64,000 nucleotides of DNA from a virus. Lineage: Duplodnaviria; Caudoviricetes. A program made the translations under genes and the position numbers. The stretch is taken from IMG/VR virus record IMGVR_UViG_2548876794_000003, positions 96,001-160,000 of that record; one strand, given 5' to 3'. This document shows positions 1 to 10,800 of the stretch, one piece after another; positions within the stretch are counted from its first letter, which is position 1, and each line of letters begins with the position of its first letter. The notes beneath the pieces were generated by a model. That model was not told where the DNA came from. It ran no database searches and was given only the letters and a program-made list of their open reading frames with translations.

Positions 1-4
1 TTTA

Positions 5-3000
5 TTGAACACAGGAGGATTCGACAAGTCCGCAGAAGATATGCTCAAGATGCTTAACCAAGATGATGAATCGTTGTTACAGAACATCGTTACAGGTTAC
101 AACGATTTTAATAAAGACAACTCTGCATTTTTAAATAAGAACGTATTATCGACGATGCGACGTTATGTTGAAAATCCAAAGACTGCCCTTGACCATGTAT
201 CAATCAAGAACGACTCACAAATGACCGGTAAATTATTTGGTACGGAAAATCGTTCAAGTAACTTCATTGACGAACTTCGTTTAGAGATTGAAAAAGAAGC
301 CTATATGCGACAGGCTCGTCATGTACGCACAGACGATGGGCAAGTAAACATTCGTGGACTAAGCGACTTAATTGGCGGTTCTGGTGCGCAATATGATCAA
401 GTAAGGAACGCACAAAATGTAGCTGACTTCGCTACGTTCCAATCTTTAACAGGTGTTTATAAGGATGCCACTGACAACAAGTCTGTACAAGAATCTGCCG
501 ACATGGCAGAACAAGCTATCAAGCTATTCGCTCGTCGTGAAGGTGATGACCAACGGAATGATATATCCGAACGATTAGTAAACAATGTATTAAACAAGAC
601 AAACAAATTTGAAACAAGCTATGACATCCATATGCAACAGGAGAATATCGTAGAAGGTTTTGGTAACGATGCGTGGATACACATGAATAAGGCAATTTCG
701 CCAATGGACTTGCTTCGAAACTTGAACGATAAGGAATTTAGAAAGTCATTCGTTAAGCAGTTTGTAGCTGGCCGTAATGATATGGAGAATGTGACAACCG
801 CTACGATGATGCCATATTTCTTCCTAAATCGCCTAAATGATCCGCTTGAAAAAATCGGAGTAGGTTTGTCATCTGAATATCGCGGAAGCTCTGTAGACTT
901 AATGCGTGGCATTGTAATGAAAAGAGCACTACCTATTGCAATGGGTATTACTGGCTATAACTACATGAACGACTTTTCGCAAGCAACAACAGGCGTCGGC
1001 ATTACAGAGTCGTTCTTATCGAACGCTGCGAACATTGACTTGGGTATGCGCGGTGTCGCTGATATAACAGGTGTTAGCGATTGGTTAAAAGATGAACGTG
1101 CTTTAAACCCAATTGCTCAATACCTATTCGGTGAAGAGTATATGGATAAAGATGAACGTGCTGACTACTATCAAAATGGTTATAGCGCAATGCGTAAAGG
1201 CCGTTGGTGGTCGTTCGGTTCATTAAATGAATTTAGAGGTAGCAAGGTTCAATACTGGCAACCTAATTTGTTACGTCGAGTAACCAGCGACTATCACGAT
1301 GAATCCTTGTATGATGGATTTCTTGATAAATGGAGCCACAGCTGGATGCCAACACCAACCAACCCACTATCTCCATTAAATGCGTTGATGGATCCATATT
1401 GGTTGGAAAACAAACATTACGAAGATCGACCGTATATGGTGTCGGGAAAAATGTTCACCGAAGAAACACCATGGGGACCACTGTTAAATGCGACAGTTGG
1501 TAACGTATTGAAACCACAAATACAGATGCACCAAGAACGATTGAACAGCGATTATGTCGATGTACGTGCCATTATTGAACGACGAAACAGAGAAACGATG
1601 GAGCGAGCTAATGGTGAAAATCGCAACCTTGCTCGATTCAAAGATGGTGCGATTGAAGCGGTAAACTTCACATCATATGATGCACCCACTGAATCACAAC
1701 GCATTGTTCGTATAAATCAAAGCAATGGTCAATCTGATGTCACAGCGATGAACTACGGTGCATTCACTGGCGTTACAACAGGTGAAGCGTATATGCGTCA
1801 AAAAGCAATTAGTGAAGATGCTGCAGGTGGAGGAGCTACTGGCGAATTCTTAACAGGCGTAGCAGAAGGAACCAACCAAAGGCTAGGTAACTCTGCATTG
1901 ATGGACTACGGTAGCAAAGCTGGCGGTGTTATGGACCTAATGAGCTCGATTGGCAACGGTGGCGAAATCAGTGTCGGTACTGGTTTAAGCTTCGCAGATC
2001 GTGCGGAAATTGAAGGTGCTGGTGGCAATGTTGTCGCAAAACTATTTTCAACACTACGCCGCGAAAGTAATGAATCCATGAATATCGTCAGTGACTTGAA
2101 CTATAACACGCTAATGAATACTCGTTCCTATCGGCCTAGTAACTCACACGTACGAGAGGGTGGTGTTGTAACAACAGAATCACTTTACAAAGCGAGCGCT
2201 CGTTTCGGTGATGGTATTTTGGATAATAAAGAAGCAATATCCGATTTGAAAGGCTTATCTGGCGGGGATGACATGATTGGCGAGCTGGCTTACTCTGCTC
2301 GTTTCATTACAGGTATTTATGGTTACGGTTCATTCTTAGCTGCAGGGGGTAGCGCTAAGAACAAAGTATCTGACGCAAGTGACATGACCAGTCCTATTCG
2401 TAGCTTCTGGGATGCAAACCTTGGCGGTGTTGGTGGTAACTATCTTGAAATCTTCCGTCGTTTTATTCCATCAAATAACTTCTTAGAAAACAACTTTAAT
2501 CCATTGATGAATACTATGCCCGACTGGATGCCAGATAAATATCGTTTTGGCGATCCGTATACAGCGCTCCCTAAAGGTGAAATGCGTATGCCGGGTAAAG
2601 GGTATGAATCACTTAACGAGCTGCATTCTGATCAGTATGGACGTTATGGAGCATTTGACCGATACAAAATACTTTCGGATATTTCGCCCGGTTCAGAAGA
2701 GTACAAGATTTGGCGTGATATTGCGAAGGAAACGGTCTCTAGTCCCGAACTAAAAGAAGAGATGGACCGTATTAACGATCGTGTCAAAAAGCAAAACGAG
2801 AACTATGACTTCTTCGATTATCAATTTTTAGGAAAATCCACTCGTAAAGAGAAAGTGCAAATTTCCGAAGTAATCGACAACAACTTCTTCAAAGTAGCAG
2901 GGGATGACAAAACATACAGATTAGCTGGTGTGTCGGTCACAAATAAAAACAAAAAAGACGACGCATTATCTTTAACTGATGGCACACGCGCAATTGACCA

Positions 3001-4729
3001 ATTCCTTGCACCAGGTCAAGAAGTCGTGATTTCACGAGACAAAGATACATTCGACGGCACCGACCAACAAAGCGGCGCTGTTAGTGCGGCGCTATTCATT
3101 AACGGTAAATCTGTTGGTAAAGAATTAATGGATATGGGGTATGCTGAAAAACGTGGTGACACGTCCGCTGCAGCTGCAGACAGTGTTTATTCTGCCACAC
3201 AGATTGCGCGTGGTAAGGCGTATGAAGCAATCGCCCATCTACCTATCCCTGTTTTTCAACAAAAATTCATGAAAGTACGAAATCCATTAGAATCGTATAA
3301 ACAAGAATTGGTGTACGGTACAAACTATACAAGTTGGAATCGCCCAATCGACAGTATCTTACTACCTGCTTTTGAACGTTCATTAATGAGTGACGGCGAA
3401 GTACTAATAGGAATTGGCGCAGCCGTAGCGAATCATCTCACTTATAAAATGACAGATGATAAAGCAAGCCGAGCTGTTGCCAATGTTGCGATGGCACTAT
3501 CTAATCGTGGTGCATTCATTGGTGGATTCTTAGCTAAAGGATTGAGCATACCAAACTCGCAAATTCGTAAAGCAGCCTTTGTTGGTGCTGGTGCGCAAGT
3601 TGCTGGCTACCTTTACACTCGTCAAGACCAACCGCTTCAAGAAGGCGTAATGGGAGGACTATTAGGTATGGGTGTTGGTCACTTATTGAAAGATATAGGC
3701 ATAAGAAAAGGCGGAGCAATTGGTGCCGCTACAGGCTTCCTTTTCGGTGGTATGAGTTCATCTGCTTTGAGTGACGACGCTTATGGCTTTGGCAACAAAT
3801 ACATTCCAGAACGAACTCGTGAAACTTGGGATATGCGTGAGTACTATGACCGCTTAGAATATGTTAAATACTCTGGTCTATTTGAAAAGGCTGCGCGTAA
3901 AGCGAAGCATAAAGAGCATATGGATATTGGGAAACTCGTAAAAGATTACGAGAAGCAGCGTGAAGAAAACCGTAAAGTAAATGAGCAACTTGGAGAATAT
4001 CGTCAAATCATCATGCAAGCTTACGCTCCGGGAAGTCAGCGTCGTGACCAACTGTTGAATGAAATTGATGGCAAGATGAATGTATTGAAAGAATCAGAAT
4101 TCAACATTGCAGTAGGCGACTACGCGAAATCAGCATTGATTTATAAACAAGCGATGGACTCTACCATCTATGGTCTAAAAGACGATGCTACGTGGTCTCA
4201 AATTGTACGTGCTACACCGACCAATGAGCGTGATCATTTTATGGCCTTCATGAAAGAAGCTAATCCTAAAAAACGTAAAGAGATATTAAAATATGTCTCA
4301 CCTTACGAAGCTAAGGTCTTGAAAACCGCTTGGGGTATGGAGACTGAAAAACAAGAATCGAATAGCTCTTACTTTGAACATCACCGTATGCCAGGGGCAA
4401 CATGGAGTGGGTGGCGTCCAGACAAAGACTTATCGGACATTCAAGTAAAAACTATACATAATGAAGGCCGATTGCTTTCAGACTTCGGATTCTTTGAATC
4501 ACAGCTACGTGATCCAGACGTTATCCGAGCAGACCAAGCTTCGCCTAATCAACCCGGTAGCGGCTTCCTACAGACGAAAATGGCAATGATTGCGACATTA
4601 AAAGGATATGGGCTAACTAATGTAAACGTAAACGTTGAGCCTAAAAAGGAAAGTGGTATGGAAGTTATCGCAAATGTGGCGAATATTACACAATACAATA
4701 TCCATAACGCTTTAACAAATTTACTATAA
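5..4729 (+). CDS. Giant virion or ejection-type protein, 5'-truncated by the window edge; degenerate SNase (thermonuclease) fold and Gly-rich hydrophobic segments
   Basis: Frame is open from the window start. SNase-like pattern EVIDNNFFKV..YRLAGVSV..LFINGKSVGKELMDMGYA (about 2849-3145) lacks the catalytic DGDT/DAPE/DRYGR residues. Gly-zipper hydrophobic stretches at about 3398-3760. Confidence 0.6.
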   Translation: MNTGGFDKSAEDMLKMLNQDDESLLQNIVTGYNDFNKDNSAFLNKNVLSTMRRYVENPKTALDHVSIKNDSQMTGKLFGTENRSSNFIDELRLEIEKEAYMRQARHVRTDDGQVNIRGLSDLIGGSGAQYDQVRNAQNVADFATFQSLTGVYKDATDNKSVQESADMAEQAIKLFARREGDDQRNDISERLVNNVLNKTNKFETSYDIHMQQENIVEGFGNDAWIHMNKAISPMDLLRNLNDKEFRKSFVKQFVAGRNDMENVTTATMMPYFFLNRLNDPLEKIGVGLSSEYRGSSVDLMRGIVMKRALPIAMGITGYNYMNDFSQATTGVGITESFLSNAANIDLGMRGVADITGVSDWLKDERALNPIAQYLFGEEYMDKDERADYYQNGYSAMRKGRWWSFGSLNEFRGSKVQYWQPNLLRRVTSDYHDESLYDGFLDKWSHSWMPTPTNPLSPLNALMDPYWLENKHYEDRPYMVSGKMFTEETPWGPLLNATVGNVLKPQIQMHQERLNSDYVDVRAIIERRNRETMERANGENRNLARFKDGAIEAVNFTSYDAPTESQRIVRINQSNGQSDVTAMNYGAFTGVTTGEAYMRQKAISEDAAGGGATGEFLTGVAEGTNQRLGNSALMDYGSKAGGVMDLMSSIGNGGEISVGTGLSFADRAEIEGAGGNVVAKLFSTLRRESNESMNIVSDLNYNTLMNTRSYRPSNSHVREGGVVTTESLYKASARFGDGILDNKEAISDLKGLSGGDDMIGELAYSARFITGIYGYGSFLAAGGSAKNKVSDASDMTSPIRSFWDANLGGVGGNYLEIFRRFIPSNNFLENNFNPLMNTMPDWMPDKYRFGDPYTALPKGEMRMPGKGYESLNELHSDQYGRYGAFDRYKILSDISPGSEEYKIWRDIAKETVSSPELKEEMDRINDRVKKQNENYDFFDYQFLGKSTRKEKVQISEVIDNNFFKVAGDDKTYRLAGVSVTNKNKKDDALSLTDGTRAIDQFLAPGQEVVISRDKDTFDGTDQQSGAVSAALFINGKSVGKELMDMGYAEKRGDTSAAAADSVYSATQIARGKAYEAIAHLPIPVFQQKFMKVRNPLESYKQELVYGTNYTSWNRPIDSILLPAFERSLMSDGEVLIGIGAAVANHLTYKMTDDKASRAVANVAMALSNRGAFIGGFLAKGLSIPNSQIRKAAFVGAGAQVAGYLYTRQDQPLQEGVMGGLLGMGVGHLLKDIGIRKGGAIGAATGFLFGGMSSSALSDDAYGFGNKYIPERTRETWDMREYYDRLEYVKYSGLFEKAARKAKHKEHMDIGKLVKDYEKQREENRKVNEQLGEYRQIIMQAYAPGSQRRDQLLNEIDGKMNVLKESEFNIAVGDYAKSALIYKQAMDSTIYGLKDDATWSQIVRATPTNERDHFMAFMKEANPKKRKEILKYVSPYEAKVLKTAWGMETEKQESNSSYFEHHRMPGATWSGWRPDKDLSDIQVKTIHNEGRLLSDFGFFESQLRDPDVIRADQASPNQPGSGFLQTKMAMIATLKGYGLTNVNVNVEPKKESGMEVIANVANITQYNIHNALTNLL

Positions 4730-4754
4730 GGGAGCTTCGGCTCTCTTTTATTTT
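4730..4754 (+). terminator. Intrinsic terminator
   Basis: GGGAGC-TTCG-GCTCTC hairpin (cUUCGg loop) followed by TTTTATTTT, directly after the stop codon. Confidence 0.8.
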
Positions 4755-4837
4755 AAGCGAAACTATTTCATTTTGTAGATAATAGGATAAAATACAGGAT
4801 GCATTTTAAGATGCACTATTTAAAAAGGAGGGTTTTG

Positions 4838-7800
4838 ATGGTACAAGAATCATTTTGGGAAAACAGTTCCATTAAACGATTTAATGGAAAGCGACAGAAA
4901 GCATTGATTCAAGCTCGTTCAGAGAAGTCCGCACAGGATGCACTCGGCAACACACAAGCTGGTTACAAGGCTTTAGTAAACGAACACATGAAAGCGACTA
5001 GCTTTATGTATGCCAACCAGATTAAGGATGTTGTGTTAGATAACAAGTCACCTTATAAATTCTTAATGAACACTGGTAAAACAGCATTAAAAGAAAATCC
5101 AGATGTGCTTAATTCATATGCAGATTTCTTCAATGCAGCAGCGTCCACTTTTACAGTAAAGGAGAAAAGCGGACAGAAGTTCATGGCTGAAAACGTAGAG
5201 GTCAACAAGATTTTTACGATTAATAACCAATCCCGAGGTACAGAGACAGTTTCACTTAAAGATGAAGAAGCGGCATGGAAACGTATGCAGAAAGGCGCTT
5301 ATACCGTATTTGACTTTGAAACGTTCGGTGGGCGCAATGCGTTCGGTGTGCAAACATTGGACCAACTTACAGAATATAGTTTCGAAACCTTTGACAATAT
5401 TAAAGCGAAGAAGTCGTCGAATCGTATCGAGGGCGTTGTTGGGATTACCGATGCGAAGAAAGATGAATTTATCAAAAAATTCATTGGTGGCTCACGAGAC
5501 ATACAGGACACACGTAATTTAAATGGTGGATTAATTGACTTCACTCGCTTCACTGAATTAGAGCAAATTCAATTGAATACTTTAGCTCGTATGGGTAGTA
5601 AAGAAACAACAATTTCAAATGTGGACGAACAATTCAAGGATGGTTTTAACGGGCGCTATCGCGTAACTAAAACAATCGCCAATGAAGATGTAGAAATTTC
5701 AAAAGAGAACGTACTGCGTGGGGTTGAACGTCTACATGATATTGGTACTGTACAGCGCGCAGGTTCAGTGAATGGCTTACAAGTTTGGGAGAAAGATTTA
5801 GCTGATGCGATGTCAATTGCAACGAAAGGCGACCATGTATTAACTGGTCACAACGTAGCGCAGGCCGACGTTCCTTGGTTTAACCAAACATTAACTCGTG
5901 GATCGAAGCCATTTAGGGACTATTACTTTAAAGAGTTGCAAGGCGAGTTGGTTAAAACAACTGGAGGAGCTGTATTTGATTTACTTCCACTTGCACGTAT
6001 GGCCGACTTGAATGGCGCACTCTCTCGTGAGATTGAATCAAATCCAAACGCTCAGAAGCGACTTGGCGAAATGGGTTCTACTGCATTGCAACAAGAAACA
6101 TTGGTTGCAACGACACTATCTAAAAACGTCATCGAAAATACGACGAACGCACCACATACAGCTGCAGAAGATACCCGCCTATTTAATGAGATTATTCGAG
6201 GGGGGCGCATCAATTCTTCTGATAAAGAAACTCTTGTCGAAAAAGCTTTCCGTATGGCTAAAATGAATATGACAAACGAAGCGATACCTTTGACAGCTGC
6301 TCCATCTGAACAGCAAGTGAAGGAATCTAATGGCACAACGAAAAATATTGTAATGAACGCACGAAAAGGTCTGTTCAATTATAAAGGTTTATCTGGTGTC
6401 ATTGGTTATAATGTGGACCAGATTGATGGACGTATCCGTACTTCTAATGGATATGAAATTTCTCCAGATGGCTCAGTTAAGAGTGGATTTGGTGATGCTA
6501 TCATCAAGAAAGATGTCAGCTACGTTGCACAAGGCTTACAGAAATTAACGACAGGCAATGACGATGGCATGCTAGACATCATGAAGCGTATGGGGAAAAC
6601 CGACGCACATATGGCAGAAGGTGAGCTTTACAAGCTGGTTCTTTCTCCAGTACGTGAGGGGAACATTGAACCTAGCGCTAGTACGGCATCTGAAAAAACG
6701 AACATGAAGATGAATATGCCTGTAGCTCTGCTAGGTTCCCGCGATGAAATTCAACGTTATCTAAATGGCAATATGATTGCCTTTGCTAATGCGACCGAAC
6801 AATTGGACGGCAGCGTCAAGTTAGATCCGATTGAAAGTGGAATGAAGGAACTGGCGAATTACAACACAGTTACACATAAAGTAGAAGAAACGACGCCTTT
6901 AGACGTCATTAAACGCGGTGAAAAGAAAGCATTGAATGATTCATTTAACCGTAGTATCACTGAAAGTGAACTGCCGAAGATTGAGCGATACATGAAGTTC
7001 AGCGACACTGTAAAAGAATTTGCGAAGGAAAAACATATCGACATTGGTTCAGCTCGTAATGCTGTGATGGATGGCGCTATGGAAATCGCTTATCAAGTTT
7101 CTCGTGGTCGAACAATTACGAAGGATATGCAAGATATGGTTGGGCTTGATGCCTACAATATTCTTTCCAATAACGGAAAGCATGCACTTGATTATCGTTC
7201 ACTCGACAAGGCTGCCGCTTCACTAGACTTTATCGAAAGCGCACGCGCACCATTAAATCAACTGATTCAAGGGATTAAAGGCAAAAAGTTAGGCTCCTCA
7301 AAAGAAGAGCAGTTCGTATTCAAACAAGTGATGCAAGGAATTACTGCAGAATTGAATGATAGCTTTGTGCAAGCGAATGATCCGAAATTCAAAGCAGCAA
7401 ACAAACCATACATAAGTGTCCCTTCATACGAAAAGAATGTCATTCAATTATCTCGCCCAAGCTCGATGCGCGAGAAGAATGGTCGTGTAATGGGGCTTGA
7501 TACGCAAGAGAAAATGCTGCGTATCAATTTAGATGACTCACCAGAAACAAAACTGATTAACGCTGTGACAAAAACACTTCGTCGTAAAAGCGACGGTGCA
7601 ATCAAGAGTAGATTACTTTCACTAGCGGAGGAAAATAACATCGCATTAGATGGCACAAGTGAAATGAATCGTTATCAAGTAGCTCAAACTATTGTTGATA
7701 AGATTCACACGCAGCGTAAAGTCGATCCGCTTCTATTCGCACAAAGCGGTGTGTCAGCGAACGACTTTTCTAAAGGATCAGTAATACTTAGCAGTGAAGC

Positions 7801-10800
7801 ACATGCAGATAAGATTTCCTCTTACATTGACGACTACCTATCAAAATACCAGAAGGGGACGGTTGTCGATCTAAATCATTACTTTACAAAGTCGGGCGCA
7901 CTTAATAAGAATACGTTGATCAATGACGTTGTTGACAACTTCTTAATGGACTCAAATTACAATTTAAAAGACCATGGTTTTAATGATGAACAAGTTAAAT
8001 TTCTGCAGGATTCACGTAATCTTCGCCGCAAAGATTATACGAAATATGCGGAGGAGCTAATCAACGGTGTCCATAAGTCAGGCGCAAGCTTAGTATTCGA
8101 TGCAGATAAAGGCATCTTCGGTATGACTAGAGGTGGAGAGTACACAAACCTAGCCAATATCGTAGCGCGTGACCGATTCCATAATGGTGTGTTCTATACG
8201 CAAGTCGGCAAAAACCGATTACGCACAGGTACTTACTTAGGAATGTTTGGCGCCGGTGACAAAGATGAATACGCTTTAAGTGATGTAAAAGCTGTGTCTG
8301 GACTCGGAAAATCAATGGATGCTGCGCCAGGGAATCTGGACTGGAGTATTAAACGAGCAATCGAGAATGACGATGATCCGACGAAGAGTGTGGAGCGATG
8401 GTTAAAAAATATTAATAGTTCATTGCGTGAAGGTGCAAGTGTTGATTATTTCAATGAGAAAGATATGAAAGCCCAAGGGCAATTGAATATCTCTAAGTTG
8501 ATAGATAATCTAGGCAAAGTAAAAGGCATTGAGAACATGACTGCTGACGACGAAAGTGAAATTAAAGAACTTATTTCAAGAGCTCGCAAGGACAATTTCA
8601 GTTTTAGTAAGATGACCGATTCTACAAATATGTACATGCAGAAATCAATTAGTCCATTGCTACAATTCCTAACACAGGGCGTGAAAGACGAGTGGGTAAA
8701 AGACTCTGTAAAACGTATCGGAAACCGCGTGAAATCGAGCGCCAATGAAAAAGGGAATTATGGCGTAATTGACTTTCAAACAGAACTTGAAATGTTCAAT
8801 AATGCTTCTCGTGGTATTGATGCGCAAAACAGTTTTATTTCATTTGATGAAGATACAGCGCGTAAGGCCCTATTAACACCAGATGAATATACCGGTGAAT
8901 CGCTTGATAAGCGTGTGGGGATTGGTTCCAACTTGCGTACAGAATTAGGGGCTGCTAGAGACAACATGCTTTCAGAGGAACACACCCAAAAACGCCGTTC
9001 ATCATTTGAGCTTCAACGTGCTGCCTACTCACCTGCAGAGCTACATATGAAACTAAAAGAGGCTTATTTAGCAACAGACGATCAAGCGGAACGCACATCT
9101 ATTCAGAAACTAATGAATATCGGTAACGTGACAGAGGGGGCTGCTGTGATGAACTCACGAGTAGCCGATGCGATTATTCAAGGGTATGACAAACAGAAAA
9201 TAGATTTCTCAAAAGACCTGTTCTCACAAGAATTGAGCGCTGACGTAGAATCTATGACAAAAAAGGAATCGAAAGCCTATAAGAAAAGGATGGACAACAT
9301 CTCAAAAATGGCTCCTGTGTTTAAAGACAAGGGCAATCGCGGTTTCGATTTTAATTACGGAAAAGGTTACTATGTACGTCATGGTGAAACGCTCGCAAAT
9401 GTTCGTTCCGAATACGGCAACAATGTGTCTCCAGTAGCAGCGAAGTACGATGGCTTTGCTCGTTTCGGCTTGTTCACACGAGATGGTGCTCTTGTTTCGG
9501 CAAAAGATGCACAGGAGTTTCTACGCGAACAAGCTCGTAAAAAGCAAGTAAATATCAGTAACATTCAAGAGATGATTGATTTCGCTAAGAATTACTACGA
9601 CACAAAAATGTATGTTGATAAGCTAGACATGACAACATATCGTAAAATCCAAGAAGATAATCTTGAAAAACATATGACAAGTTTTACTTATCAATCATTA
9701 GGCGCCTTAGATGACCACAGTAAACCGTCACAAGGAATTGGAGCAGCATTAGATAACTTAGGCTTAAACCATTTAAAAGGTCGTACGCTTCGTCCAGAAT
9801 TCTTTAACGAGCTACTGTCTGGTGAAGCTTATGACAGTGGTGTACTAAAGACTGCAGCAAAAGGCGGCATGGGTTATCAAAAAGCAATTCAATCGGCTGG
9901 CTTTAAAGATGAAAGTGAATTCAAGCGTCAGCTAGAGAAGGAGCGTCACTTAGCCGGTGACATCCTGCAACAAGTAACAGGAGCAGACGCAATCGTTCAC
10001 TCGGATGATGTAAGCCACAAAAACGCTGGTGCTCGTATCAAATCTGCAATTAATGATATGCACTACAACCAATTAAACGCAGTCATGGACGAGCAAGGCT
10101 TGGCACGAGCTACGCCAGAAGCTATCCGAGAAGCGTCTCAACGAGTCGTTGATGCAGTGGGCGATGCCTTCGAAATCAACGGAAAAGATGGATTGTTTGT
10201 AGATAAAAATAACCGTATAGGATTGACTGGTGGCTTCAACTACTACAACGGCGATGGCGTAAATGTAAACCGGTTAAAAGAAGCATATGATGCGATGATG
10301 CCTGGCACTGATAAACCAGAAAATCAATTTGATAACATCGGGGCTTCTAACGGTAAGGTATCACGCCATGGTTACAATCTAATTAACGACACAACCAACT
10401 TCCAAGGTACAGGACGTACAGAAGTATTGGATGACACAGAGATTAATCGTAATAAAATAGCGATGAAATCAGGATTAAAAATGACTGACCGAGAATTGAA
10501 TATGTTAGAGTTACAACGATACGATAAAGATGAATTAAGCTCTATTCGTTCCGCAATGAATGATGACGCACTATTCAAACGTGCCTTTGGCCATGTATTG
10601 AATGACAATATGGAATTAGCCGACGGCGCGCAAGACATGAAAGTACTTGGACGATATACCGACGAAATCCGTCTAAACCAATTTGCTTCTGCGGGAGATG
10701 CATTATTGCTAAATGCTGACGGTAGCCAAGCGATGCAAAATGTCGAGAGCAACCTCATTAAGTCAGCTAATGCGCTACAAAAACAAAGTGGCGGTGCCGT

